From the NCBI GenBank assembly GCA_951406725.2, contig OX597815.1, positions 80,476,001 through 80,540,000 of the forward strand: a DNA stretch of 64,000 nucleotides, written 5' to 3'. Positions 11,087 to 24,916 of this stretch are shown here, in pieces (the first letter of the stretch is position 1; each line of letters opens with the position of its first letter). The notes beneath the pieces were generated by a model that was given only the letters and a program-made list of their open reading frames with translations, did no database searches and was not told where the DNA came from. The stretch is from Octopus vulgaris (lineage: Eukaryota). A program made the position numbers and the translations under genes.

Positions 11087-12479
11087 GCATGTATGTATGT
11101 ATTTATGTGTGCGTATGTATGTATGTAACCATAGTTTACCGAGATTCGATTTTTCTTAAGCTATGTTTAATATTGTTGCTTTCTAGTTTTAATTCGTTAA
11201 AGTATTTCAAACGGATTAAACTTAATATAAGCCAGTCCATCTCACGTTCTTCCCTATAGTGCAGTCTCAGTTATCCACGTAAAGCTTCACTTGACCTCAA
11301 ACGCATCATTTTGTGATTATCTTTCACATGACATCCAACTCTTCAAAAATTCTTACACTGATTTAGCTTAAGATTAAATACGGCAAAACAGTAGCAAAAT
11401 AAGATATGTCTTAAGTGACATTATGCTTACACTGCTTTACCCAGGTGTATGTTCAATGTGCACAGTTAGATGACTGTCTATGAATTAATAAGCAACTCTG
11501 TGAATTTTAATAGAATTTTGTCAATCTTCATAATTGATTTTAATTCCTCCGGGATGAAAATTCAATGTGAGCAATGACTCCCCACGGGTTGTTGTGTTAT
11601 GGAAAAGTATTTGCTGAGTTGTAATATGCAACTGTGCAGACAGTAATATGAACAGTTGCATACATAAACAGAATATGCTAAACTGCTTTATCTTCGTATT
11701 TATCAGTGTAGTCGCCATTTACAATTTGCTCCACTATTCTTTAGCTTAGCGAATACTTCGTGACATTAGTGCATGTTTCTTTGCTGGACTGCTTGACCAC
11801 TGGAGACTATGCATAAGTAATTGAATTTAAGAATGTTCATTTAAACGATTTTCTACCATTAGAGACACCAGTATGAAAACGAACACCTACAGCGATAATA
11901 AATGTTCATCGTCAGGTTAAATCTACTTTCAAAACACTCTGTGGAGACGCTGTTATTGAGATCACCATAACTACAGCCACTGTTAAATCGCATGGTTACA
12001 ATAAGCAAGATAACCAGCTTTATTGCAATGTGAGTTATTTTTTATAATTTCGCAGAAATGATGAAAATTGCAAAGAAACTTAAAAATGTAAACAAACAAC
12101 TCGATAACACTGAAAAGAAAGCTATTATGTCGCTTGAGTTTTTTCTTGCTTTTTAAATTCATAAGGGAAATAAATCGATGGAAATGTAAAATAATTTTAG
12201 CTCATGATTTAAACACAAGGAAAGTACACAGATTTATACATATACAAAGATATATATTAGGTATATATATTTACGTATGGTCTATGTTATGATGCAAATT
12301 AAGCCCTAAACTTCGCATTGTACTTCTTATCCTAAATTTTAAGTTGATCAAATCTCTGTAAATCTTTCTAAATAGCCATTAGTTTAATTAATTAGCAATG
12401 TTTTTGCTACTAATAATTATATTCCAAAGTAACTACCCTCCAACATTTTTCTTGTCTCAAATAGCTAAATATTTATGCA

Positions 12480-13050
12480 GGCATTCGCTGACCTTATCTA
12501 TTGACTGGAGCACATAAGCTAATTTTGGGAGCAGTATGCCCCTTTTACAGTATCAAAAACTTCATCTGTACAATGGGTGACTCGGTGCAATTCTTGAAAG
12601 AAGCAATATTTGTAGGACATACTACATTTGGTAGTGTACATTTTTACAGCAATGCAAAAATGTTCAAACTAGTCTTGGAAAAACCTAGCAGCCACCTCAG
12701 CCCTTTTTTTATATTTAAACACCAAATCATAAGTAGATAAAAATCAATATAGTCATTGAAAAACTTTAGTTTTTGTGATTGATACACAAGTAGTGGCTTT
12801 AACTTCATATTACAAGCAACCTCTTCTTCCCACAAGACGTATCAGATGTTTGGAAGCTTAAAAGTTGGTGCTACTTTTTAAATTAGAAATAAAAGCCCTA
12901 GCAGGTATGCACATTTTGAAAGTCCCAGACTCCTTGACACACTTTAAAAATTAGTCTTTAGTAGGTAGAATTTTCAGTTTCCTCGTTCTATCATCATTTA
13001 AAGTTTTAGCTTTCGCTTGAATGGGTGTATTCCGTTCAATGTGATCGTCA
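12480..13050 (-). mobile_element. Tigger/pogo-type transposase remnant (DDE_1)
   Basis: Minus-strand MKLKPLLVYQSQK preceded by a degraded F(K)ASK motif; matches the Tigger GFKASKDRLT...KLKPLLVYHSENPR region. Confidence 0.6.
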
Positions 13051-13475
13051 CTGTTCCAACATCTTATAATAATTATGCTTGTCATTACGTTACTAAGCCC
13101 TTGTCGGTAACACTTACACGTGATTAGAGAAAAAGAATAAAAAAGAAAAGAGAGAGAGAGAAAGAGGATAAGGCGAAGAGTGAGGCAGAAAGTGAGAGAA
13201 AGAAAAAGAGGGAGAGAGACACGACGGAGAGAGAAGTGTCCATTAGATGTGGTAGGGGGAATGTAATATTTATTACACGTGGTTAAAAATGTTAGTTGAT
13301 GGTAATGATATAAAAGAGAGTTAGGGATATAATTTTAGCAGAGGGGTGACGTTCTGATGGTGAGATTAAAGAAAGGCACAGAGAGCGCGCGCGCGAGGGA
13401 GAGAGAGATGATGGTGGTGATGGTTGTGGAGGTGGCGATGGTGAGTGCAAAGTAATTTAAAAAAAAACTAAACTA

Positions 13476-13760
13476 AGTTTTTTATATCACCTATCACTTA
13501 ACGCAAGAGCATCCCAAACTTGCCATTCACTTTAGAAAGAAACCAGTTTCCTGTTCGCTTTACATATGCAATGATTCTCAATAAATCACAAGGGCAGACA
13601 TTTGATAAAGTGGAGCTGTTACCTAAACCTGTATTCGGCCATGGTCAGCTATATATTGCATTGTCACGGGCTCGCAAATTATCTGTGAGTTGAAGTTATC
13701 AAAATTGACAAACAAGGATAAAGAATTTACAGGAAGAACATAGTCTGCAAAGAAGTATTG
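13476..13760 (+). pseudogene. Helitron RepHel PIF1-type helicase C-terminal fragment
   Basis: From 13520: LPFTLERNQFPVRFTYAMILNKSQGQTFDKVELLPKPVFGHGQLYIALSRAR (SF1 motifs V/VI: KSQGQT and HGQLYVALSR). Confidence 0.88.
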
Positions 13761-13930
13761 GATTGAAAGGTAAACGCAAATTAAAATGCGTATTGGCCCT
13801 GACCCATCGAAAACATGGACGGAAAAAAAGGAGAATATTACACAAATACAAATAACAGGACATAACAACAGGAGTCATTCGACTAAGGACGAATTCAATG
13901 TGTATATATATATATATATGTGTATATATA

Positions 13931-14008
<78 letters not shown>

Positions 14009-14010
<2 letters not shown>

Positions 14011-14244
14011 GGGTGGCCCAAAATTAGGTTTATAGTTATTCAACTATCTCTTTCGCATTCATATATTAACAGTTTAGATCTTAATTATAAAAACATATGA
14101 AACCATTATTCTATGCTAATTTAGTTAATTTTGTCAAGCTCCCTTTTCAATTTGTAAGATAGAAATTTATATGTAATAAAAAAGATTTTAAAAACACTTG
14201 AAGTACCTGCGTGATAACTATAAACCTACTTTTGGGCCATCCTG
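14009..14244. mobile_element. Tc1/mariner-type MITE (~236 bp)
   Basis: TIRs CAGGGTGGCCCAAAATTAGGTTTATAGTTAT / ATAACTATAAACCTACTTTTGGGCCATCCTG, flanked by TA. Confidence 0.88.
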
Positions 14245-14739
14245 TATATATATATATATATATATATATACAGACATATATATATGTGTGTGTGTGTGTG
14301 TCTGTGTGTGTAAATATATATACATACACAGAATACGTATATGTATATATAGATATAGCTATAGATTGATAAATATAGAAATATATATATATATATGTAT
14401 GTATGTACATATTTACGCAAGTGCACTCGTACATATATGCGGGCGTGTCTTTTGTAAGAGTTTGTGTGTGCGTGTGTGTGTGTGTGTGCATGTGTGCGTG
14501 TGTATGCATGTATGAGTGTATATAAATCTCTTAGTCATAATGCTACTGATGATAACGATGCTGATGATCTTCATAGAGTGGTGTGGGTGTCGGTGGTGGA
14601 CGCTGCTTGCTGTTTCTGTAGCTGTTTACAAGACTCATAGAATATTGAAATACTAACGGTAGATGTTTTTAATTCAAACATGTCAAGTGAGCATACATTA
14701 CACACACACGCACGCACGCACGCACACACACACACACAC

Positions 14740-14783
<44 letters not shown>

Positions 14784-15369
14784 ACACGCACGCACACTCA
14801 CCCATACATACCCGAACACACGCATATGCTCACCCACAGAAACTCACGTACACATGTACACATGCGTACACATAGACGTATTGTCAGTTAAGATCAAATA
14901 AGAGGAGTGCAGAAATGAAGTGAAAATATTAAGGCAAAATCATAAAGGAATATAGGCGGACTTACTGGCCATTATTTTCTTTGGTTTATTGTTGTTGTTA
15001 ACGTCCAAGCCACTCTTGTTGGGGTTAAGCTCTGATTAAGCTCATTCTTTGCCTGTTCCATAAGTCTACCAAGTGGAAGAGTTGCTCGAAAGTGCCCAAT
15101 AGAAAGCTTTACAGTATTCATTTTGATTTTCTGCTGACCAAATTCAAATTCCGTCTTCGCCGTCCCTGTCTTTGATATTTCCAGCTTTGATAAATAAAGT
15201 ATCACCTTGTTGTTAAGTTCGGTTCCTCATTTCTTTCTTTTGTTCTGTATTTCTTTGTGGACGAAATCAGTGGTGGTGATCTCACCTCGTATGAGATGGC
15301 ATCCTCCAAGTTTAAAATGTCCAAGACACACTGTACTCCATGAAAGCAATATGACAGTACCATACCTCT

Positions 15370-15520
15370 GCGGCGATCTGGCAGAATCGTTAGTACAACG
15401 GGCAAAATGCTTAGCAGCATTTCGTCTTTACATTATGTGTTCGAATTCTGTCAATAAAATAAGTACCAGTTTAGTACTGGAGTCGCTTGCTGGTCTGGTG
15501 CCAAAATTTGAAACCGATAT
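15370..15520 (+). mobile_element. SINE family A, internally deleted
   Basis: CTGGCAGAATCGTTAG...GTTCGAATTC...AATAAGTACCAGT...GTGCCAAAATTTGAAACC. Confidence 0.7.
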
Positions 15521-16327
15521 TACGGTACTATATAAGCAATTGAAAAATGAAGTGGGGTAGAAATCTTGCTATGGGTATCAACTTTTAATCAGGTAGTTTG
15601 TCATAGATCGCCTTATTGAATGGCTCAGAGCATCTTTTCTTAAAGATAGTGGTGCTTGTATTGAAAAGCAAAACAATCATTGCTATTTTTAATTGGTTGA
15701 TTAGTTGTTTCATGCATAGTTGATCAAAAGATTAACGGAAATGTAGAGGGGACAAAGACCTCCAGGATGTTGAAAGTGAAACAAAAGTAATTTCTTATGG
15801 CGTGGAATATGTTAGGGGATAATGAGAACTGATGTGATCACCTCTCCGTAGTCATTCTCCCTTTTAAAAACATTAGCCATATTTTCCTCTAATTATGCCT
15901 TACGTAATCAAAACGGAAGGAGCCATTGAAAAGTCTTGTCGCTGATATATAAAAGAAAAAAAAAGTGGTCTTTTCGTGGGAGAAACAGTTTTGGTTATAG
16001 ATTTCTTCGATGAGGGCTCATTGGTAACTAAACAACAAAAATGGGGTTTATTACTTTTTTCCAACCGATGACATGAATAGTAAACACAACACCAGCAGAT
16101 ATGAAATTCAAGATGTGAAGACTTTTGATAAATGAAAGTATATTCTATTGCGTTCTATATTCTCTTCTAATCCAACTTGGTAAGAGTATTCATAATTATG
16201 ACTTCTTGTTTACATTAATACACATTACTGTTTATTTTAATCGATTGTATTTAAATTGGGAATGAAAAAAGCATGGAAATACGACAAGGAATTCAATTCA
16301 ACACTATCGCTTGACCGTTTTAATGAG

Positions 16328-17385
<1,058 letters not shown>

Positions 17386-17696
17386 AAATTATTCAAGAAT
17401 GATCCATGGCTTACCATCCATGCAGGAAGTGTAAAAGATTGTCTTATCTGGTACGTGACTCGTATTGAGAAGAGCATTGCCGCTGTGAATTTTCTTTGGG
17501 TTTTTTCTACCTTTATTTTATTTGTTTACTTTTTTATTTTTTGCTTCCTTTTTCTCTATCACATGACTTCGTAAATGAGCAATCTGGTTTGTTTATTTTA
17601 ATGGCCAACCAATGTATACAGTACGTTTCTCTGTCCCAGGTGTCAGGAAGACACTCGGCAAGAAATGGAAACAGAATTGAAAGATGCTAATGAAAA

Positions 17697-17761
<65 letters not shown>

Positions 17762-17769
17762 ATAATAAT

Positions 17770-18210
17770 AGGATGGAAGATTGCCAAGATAAAGCACTGT
17801 ACAAGCTCTTGAGAATGAATGCTACAAGTACTACACAATCAATTCTATGTAGCCACAATTGAAGTTGTTGGAAAACATAGATGATTGAAGAAAGGACCGC
17901 TGAAAAAAAGGTCCAGAGCTCTATACTGGCAGCCCAGTACCACAAATTGGAGCGTCAACCTTAGGAATGAGCAAGTGTCTCCACGGTGCCGAATCTGTTA
18001 CAGCTTTGACGAAAGCATTGCCCATATCGTGAACGAATGCCTTCGACTTGCTCAAAACGGTTGTGACGACACGGGGAGGTAGCGAAAGTAATACTTTGGA
18101 AACTTTGAGAAAAGTGGAGGCAAGACATGTTATGAGCGCAAACCACAGAAAGTGGCAGAATCGGAAACCTGCAAAATCTTCTGGGTTATCTCCATCCAAA
18201 CAGACTGGGG
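17770..18210 (+). mobile_element. R4/Dong-like RLE LINE remnant
   Basis: SPRCRICYSFDESIAHIVNECLRLAQ CCHC zinc knuckle, preceded by a degraded LILAAQ motif; starts at a (TAG)n(TAA)n tract. Confidence 0.7.
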
Positions 18211-19459
18211 AGGACACTTGATGCAGGAGTGTTTGTAAGACCAAGAACATAAAAGGGATTATACGGGACATTCATCCATGTATCGGGAAAAAAAAGAAAA
18301 AGGAAAAGGAAATAGAAAAATCAAAAATATTTATATAGAGGAAAATTCGCATAATTTTGGATGTACTGTTTCATGTAGAAATATAATCGTGAGTAAAAGA
18401 AGGAAAGTGGATTTCGAAATCTAAAGAAAAATACATAGAAAGAGAAGATAAAAAATTATCTTTCTTTCGTTCTTCAACTCCGAGTGAAGTTGTAGTGGCG
18501 CCGTCATTAACGGAATTCTTTCCACGTTAGGCTCAATTAGAGCCGATGTCTTCCAGAGAAAAAGTAAGGAACTACTCCTAGTTAAGATACTTTATTTATC
18601 GATCAGGAAATTATAAGAGGCAAAATGAGCTTCGGCGGGATTTTCAGCTCAAAGTGCAGAGCATCAAAACGAATAAGCACAAATCGTTCTAACCGATACT
18701 CTAGCATCTCCACCAATTTTCACCTACTGGGACATCGTTTTAGATCTTGCAGCAAGGGAATATTATCATGGAGTAGCAAAGAAAAGTAAGACGATAATGG
18801 AAAAAGAAAGCAAATACCCGTTTATGCAACAAAATGTATTTTTACAAAGTATACATAAGAAAAACTACAGAAGAAAAAAACCCAAAAAACCAAAGGGACA
18901 GATGAAAATAACTAGAATAACAAATATGACTCTGCAGTCAATAGTTGCTTTACATGTATACTCTGTCCCCATAAACAAACAAACTGACATACACATACAT
19001 AGTGAAAATCAAATATCAGCTTTCGAAGGGTAAATATATAAATGAACTTTAGTTTCTTTGCTAACACCCAATACACAGCAATATTATACTAAATAGAAAG
19101 AATAAATGCAAACACGGATATGATTTTAATAATGACTTCTTGCGTAAGAGCCCACATTGCAGGAATGAGATTTACTCATTCGATCAGCTCAAGTAATGAC
19201 AGTAGCACTTATATAAAATAAGTAATATTGATAAGATATTATATTACAGTTATTATCATTGTTGCTGTTCTTCATTGTTTTAGCAACATGTACTCGAACA
19301 CTTTCCGTTAAGTTTCTTTGCTTATCCATATACCTAGACATATTTTCATTGCCGATATATGCTATATACCATTTTAAAGCTATCCAAGAGCCCGATGGAC
19401 TGATTAACTTGCCGTGAATTGAAAAACTTTAGAGATTTTTGTTTAAGAAAAAACAAATT

Positions 19460-20940
19460 TAAAAGATGGTTGTCTCTTCCATGGGCAGCAAGTTGGAAGG
19501 AGAAGAGGTGAACGGCGATGATTTTGAGAGTGTGGGATCTACCCTTGATTCTCTTGCGTTCAGTCGTTCAATGAACAAAGCTTTTTCCCCTCCTCGGAGT
19601 ACAATCTTTCAAACGTTATATTCCGCTACTGTGATGAGTGGTCAGAAGCAACAATAGCAACGAAAAAAATTAGAAGGATAGTTACAACAACAGCATACTA
19701 ACTAAAGAGAACAATGACAGTGTCGCTGCCGACTACGACATCGCCAACAGCTACAACAACAATAGCCCTTGTTACAATAGAAAGAAATAATAAACAAGAT
19801 CAAGTGTACTACTATCACTTCCAAAAACGCTGCAGTGGCGAGAAGAGCGACAGCAGCAGCAGTAACAACAACAACAACAACAACAACAGCAACAACAGCT
19901 ACAACAACAGCAGCAGCAGCAGCGTGATCAGTAGCAGCGTAATGACGACAGTGTTGTGAATGACTTCCAATGGACAAGCAATCGTACACTGAGATGGCGG
20001 CGAAATCAACCAAGCACCGTCCGCGCTCTCTGAACAGCAAATCGTCGCCTCTGTGAGGTTTTGGTAGTTAACGCACGGACGACGTGGGGGTCTATCGTTG
20101 TGAGTCGAATTAAACCCGACGTCTAAAAGCACCGAGACACGCTGGATCAAGCGTACATCAAGGCAGGGTACATGGTGCCTTGAATGCCTTCAGGTACTTA
20201 TAGCTCATTGCAGATTGGACATGAAGCCAATGAATGTTCCACCATGACGCCCTCTAGAGAATTAGTAGTGGGTAAAAACAACGGCGTCCCAGGAGAAAAA
20301 AATTCGAACGTCAGTGTGAATCAACTGTCTGGTTTGGTCCGGCAGACTTGCGTGCCAGAGCTTATAAATAATTTTTTTATAATTTCCTTGTCTGGTGGTG
20401 CTACCGGGGTACATTGCCAGTTTGGTATAAACTCCACAGGTATGATAGTACTGCCAAACATACTTGCTAGAAACGTGCGCAGAGCGAGGGAACTGCCCTG
20501 CACACGCTCGTACTGTACTCAAGCATTACTGACTTGTTGGGTTATGTCGAATAGCAGCTGTCACCTTTAAGAAGGATCTGGCTATTGGTCTTCTTTTGGT
20601 AGAGGAGCCGGTAGTTTTTTTTTTGTCTAGTGGTTATGGCGAAAGAGGTTGTATGGTTGACGAGACTGAAATGGCTGTAGACAGACATTTTTCTCTTTGA
20701 CTAAGCTCTCATTGACTTTTTAAAATTTCATTTGAAAATGAAGGTGAGAGTTGAGAGGGATGTGTTGCACACCATCCTAATAGATTTGTTGGAAGCTGAA
20801 TGAATGGCCTGAGTGAGCGAACCCTCTCCAAACTGGCGACTGTAGGTTGAGAAGTGAGGAGTAGAGCCAATGTACTCCTGGTGAGTAGGGTGACTCGGGT
20901 TCTGTGGGTTGCCTTGGTTGCCACTGGGTAGCGTTTCCCT
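19460..20940 (-). mobile_element. highly degraded Gypsy-like integrase region, interrupted by a triplet-repeat block at ~19660-19950
   Basis: Fragments TNLLG...SPSFSNEILKSQ, SLALRTF..MFGSTIIPVEF, DRPPRRP...PLEVI and KIVLRGGEKALFIERL resemble, in order, the rve core, the LGLRT/GEF segment and the GPY/F C-terminus. Alignment is by eye only. Confidence 0.45.
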
Positions 20941-21114
20941 CCCGGGAAATTTATTACGAGATTTTTTTTTTTTTTGGCGAATTGTAATTCATCGTTTACA
21001 CATTCTCAATGAAAATACCCACTTTCTTTTATTTGTGTATTGTCCTAAATGTCTTTCGAAGCCCTTCAGGCTATTAAAACAAATTATTATTATTATTGTT
21101 GTTGTTGTTGTGAA

Positions 21115-21515
21115 AGCGGTGAGCTGGCAGAATTGTTAGAACGCTGGGTGAAATGCTTGGCGGTATTTCGTCTGTCGTTACGTTCTGAGTTCAAATTCCG
21201 TCGAGGTCGACTTTGCCTTTCATCCTTTCGGGTTCGATTAAATAAGTACCAGTTACGCGCTGGGGTCGATATAATCGACTTAATCCGTTTGTCTGTCCTT
21301 GTTTGTCCTCTCTGTGTTTAGCCCCTTGTGGGTAGTAAAGAAATAGGTATTTCTCCCGTCGCTACGTTCTGAGTTCAAATTCTGCCATGGTCGACTTTGC
21401 CTTTCCTCCTTTTGGGGTCTATAAAATAAGTAAGTACCAGTTGAACACTGAAGTCTATGTAACCGACTCATCCCCTCCCCCAAAATTTCTATCCCTGTGG
21501 CAAAATTAGGAACCA
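21115..21515 (+). mobile_element. tRNA-derived SINE family A with an internal tandem partial duplication
   Basis: Box A-like TGGCAGAATTGTTAG, box B-like GAGTTCAAATTCC and core GGTCGACTTTGCCTTTCATCCTTTCGGG; a second partial unit starts at ~21346. Other copies at ~18495-18720(-), 22305-22450(-), 30298-30510(-), 34933-35023(+), 35302-35395(-) and 36218-36360(-). Confidence 0.85.
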
Positions 21516-22959
21516 TTATTATTGTGGTGGTGGTTATTGTTGTGAATTCATAGCTGCTCTGAAGCCAAAAGTTCCTTCGACAATGATGATGATGACGATG
21601 ATGACGACAACGATGATGACGACAACGATGATGACAGTGATGACGACGATGATGATTACGATTACGATGACTTCAAATCCATCTTTTTTTTTAATGCCAA
21701 GGTGGCTTGACTTTATAAAAATATATTCCTAACGACTTTACATGGCCGTGTGTTTGTTTTTAACAAGCAAATGTTCACTCTGTTAACAGATCACTTTCCA
21801 ATGATCAAATCAAGTGGCTAACAGCACGATGCAAAAATCAACATAGAAATTGTATTATGAGAAATTTCTTTACTTTCTTAATTCTTTCTTTTTTTTTTTC
21901 GTTTCGTTGCTCGGTCAATTCCCCGCCTCCACCTCTACTCCGTTTTAACATAATTCTTACTTGCTTGTTGCTTGATTGATTGTTTTATTTTTCGCCATTA
22001 TTGTTGACGTTTCTTTTATTTTTCTATCTTGCGTCGTTGTTCTCTTAGAAGTCGACAGGTCAATATTTTTATAAGCCAACATGTCGGCAAACTTACTGAC
22101 AGACGACCGTATAGCATTTGACTTGTATGCATGTTGTTCTTTCATAGATTTATTTTTTACTTATTTTCCATGCCAAGCTGTCAAGCTCCCTTATTGTGAG
22201 CAGGTGTATGGAGCTTACATTATAGTAATTTATTTTATTATACACTTGTATGTAGTTTACTCAAAATAAAAGAATATATGTTTGGTTAAAATAATAATGA
22301 TTTCTAACATAGGCGCAAGGTCACAATTTTTTGTGGGCAAGGGTAAGGGAGCAGTCAATGAAATCAACCAAGTACGAAATTGTACTCCTTTTATGGAAAT
22401 CCTGAAAGCAAGAGGGTAATGTTGATCTCAGTAGGATTTCAAATAAGAACAGCCACAATCTTGTTCTCTTAAAGGGACGTAACTAAGTATCCCAGTTACT
22501 TTGAATCGGAATCTTACTCCTGTTTTGGATTCATCCTTTATTATATTTCTTTTTAAAGCCTGAAAGTTTGAGAGACTGGTAGTCAGCCCCAGTACTTCAT
22601 TGACAGTTTATTTTATCGACCCCATAAGAATGAAAAGCTGGATTTGGATTTAGACTGTAAAATACCAGAATAAATACAATATCACTCTCGCCCGTTCTTC
22701 AATTAACAATAAAAAGGAAAGATAAAAACATGAGAGAAAAGACAAGAAAAAGATTTTTAAAAAGAATGATGTATAAGGATGTTGCACAATGATTTATGAA
22801 AAACTGGATAAAGTTTCAAGAAAAAATATAGATAATGCAAGGTATGTATGTATGTATGTATGTATGTATGTATGTATGTATGTATGTATGTATGTATGTA
22901 TGTATGTATGTATTTACACATCCATACACACATATATACATATACAAATAATTGTGACA

Positions 22960-23400
22960 GACCTGCACAGGACAGAAAATATATATGGATAAATCTAATA
23001 TTTATATCCAGAATCAATACGGTTTCGGCACTCGGGAAAAGCTGGCGTCGTTCGTCTTGAAAGCGATCGAATTCAAACATGCCAATACGAGAAATTTTAC
23101 AACTAAATGCACACCACGTTAAAAAAGTAGTCAAGAGAAATGAGTGAATACAAAAAGGACAGAGGTATATGAGCTTGTATAAAACAATAAAGCAAGCAGA
23201 AGCAGAACATAAATTCAGAATTCCTTGGACTTCAGACAAAGATGGACAGCAACGTACAAACATAGATGGAAAATATAAAAAGACTTTTAAACGGATACGA
23301 CCTGAGACATTGAGTAAGACGCTCGAGGGACAAACTGTAGTAGAAAGGAGTTGTGGGTTTTATTAGGATCGTGTGAAAGGAACGGGGTTATCGGAAAGAC
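22960..23400 (+). mobile_element. possible degraded RTE LINE 3' remnant
   Basis: Weak resemblance to the RTE C-terminus (LRWLGHV..GRP..RWKD-like segments) across frames. Confidence 0.35.
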
Positions 23401-24193
23401 AGGAAGAGAGAGAAGGGGACTGATGGAACATGAGAGAGATAGTAAGAAACAGAAGGCAAAACTTGGAGAAAGATAGTGACGGAAAGCGCAAGATGGATCA
23501 GAAAAGAAGACAGGGAGAGAGAAAAGGGAGAATGGACGAAGAGAGAAAGATAGCAAGAGAGAGCGAAATAAAGAAAGGGAGAGAGAGAGAGAAAGAGAGA
23601 GAGAGAGGAGAGAAAAGAAGAGAAGAGCCAAAACAGACAAAGAGAAAGTCAGACCGAGAGAAACAGCCATAGTGAAATGGTAGGCAAACTAATAGTGAAT
23701 TATATACACAACTGAAATGACAAAAGCCGTGCGTTTGTGTATATATACGCGCGCACACACACACTCCCACCCACCCACCCACAAACACACACGCAGTCAC
23801 TCACCACTCACACACCTACTCGCTCACTCTCTAACATACATAACATAAGTGAAAAATGGAGTTTATGAAATAATGTTTACTCCATGCTTTACAATTGTTT
23901 CAACAAACTTACGTGATAATTAATACATCATGACTATAAAGAGTGATAAAACCGATGGACTCTCCCGTCGTAGACAAAGGATGAGTGCTCAGCGTTTGTC
24001 GAATGACCAGTACAAATGATTTGTTTTATAGGAACCAGATGTATATGCAGTACATTAGGCCATTAGGCGATGTTGACTGCGCAGCTGCAAGATGTACCAC
24101 GCGTCAGGTGTCGAAACGATCGCAGAGCAATGTGAGATGGAGTGTTTTGCTCGAGAACACAAGGCACCACCCGGACTAAGAAATGAAGCCACG

Positions 24194-24375
<182 letters not shown>

Positions 24376-24404
24376 GATAGATAGAGAGATAGATAATGGT
24401 ATAT

Positions 24405-24445
<41 letters not shown>

Positions 24446-24566
24446 GGGGAAAAGTAACCAGAAGCAAAGAAAATGCAAACAATTAATGTTGTTTTTTTAT
24501 AAAAACAAATAAATGATTTGAGGTGGAATTAAGAAGTATATAAATCATTATCATGAGTCAATAGAG

Positions 24567-24605
24567 AAAGTCATACCAGTTTCGTTATCGATGTTCACTG
24601 ACTTT
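24567..24605 (-). ncRNA. degenerate minimal hammerhead motif
   Basis: Minus strand AAAGTCA-GTGAACA-TCGATAAC-GAAA-CTG-GTA-TGACTTT; perfect 7-bp stem I, mutated 5' core. Confidence 0.45.
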
Positions 24606-24916
24606 GAATAAACACCGAGTTCCAAACGGTGTTGGGTGTATTAGTACCTGAGTGAAAAGATTGCATGCAAGGGAGGTAAGCAGTTCTGGAAGTGAGGCAA
24701 TTAGGCTAACATGATTAATAAAGGATGAATGGTTTATGGGATGTATGAGGATTAGTGGGATTGTTGGTATTAGTAAGGTTGGAATTGTCCTGTATTAAGT
24801 CATGTGCTCATGTTAAGCTGTGGTTGATATTTACTACTGAAAGTTGTCTATTTAGTTTTTGCTGCTCTGAGACGTTTTGAGAACATTGACAAAAAAAGAA
24901 AATATATATATATATA

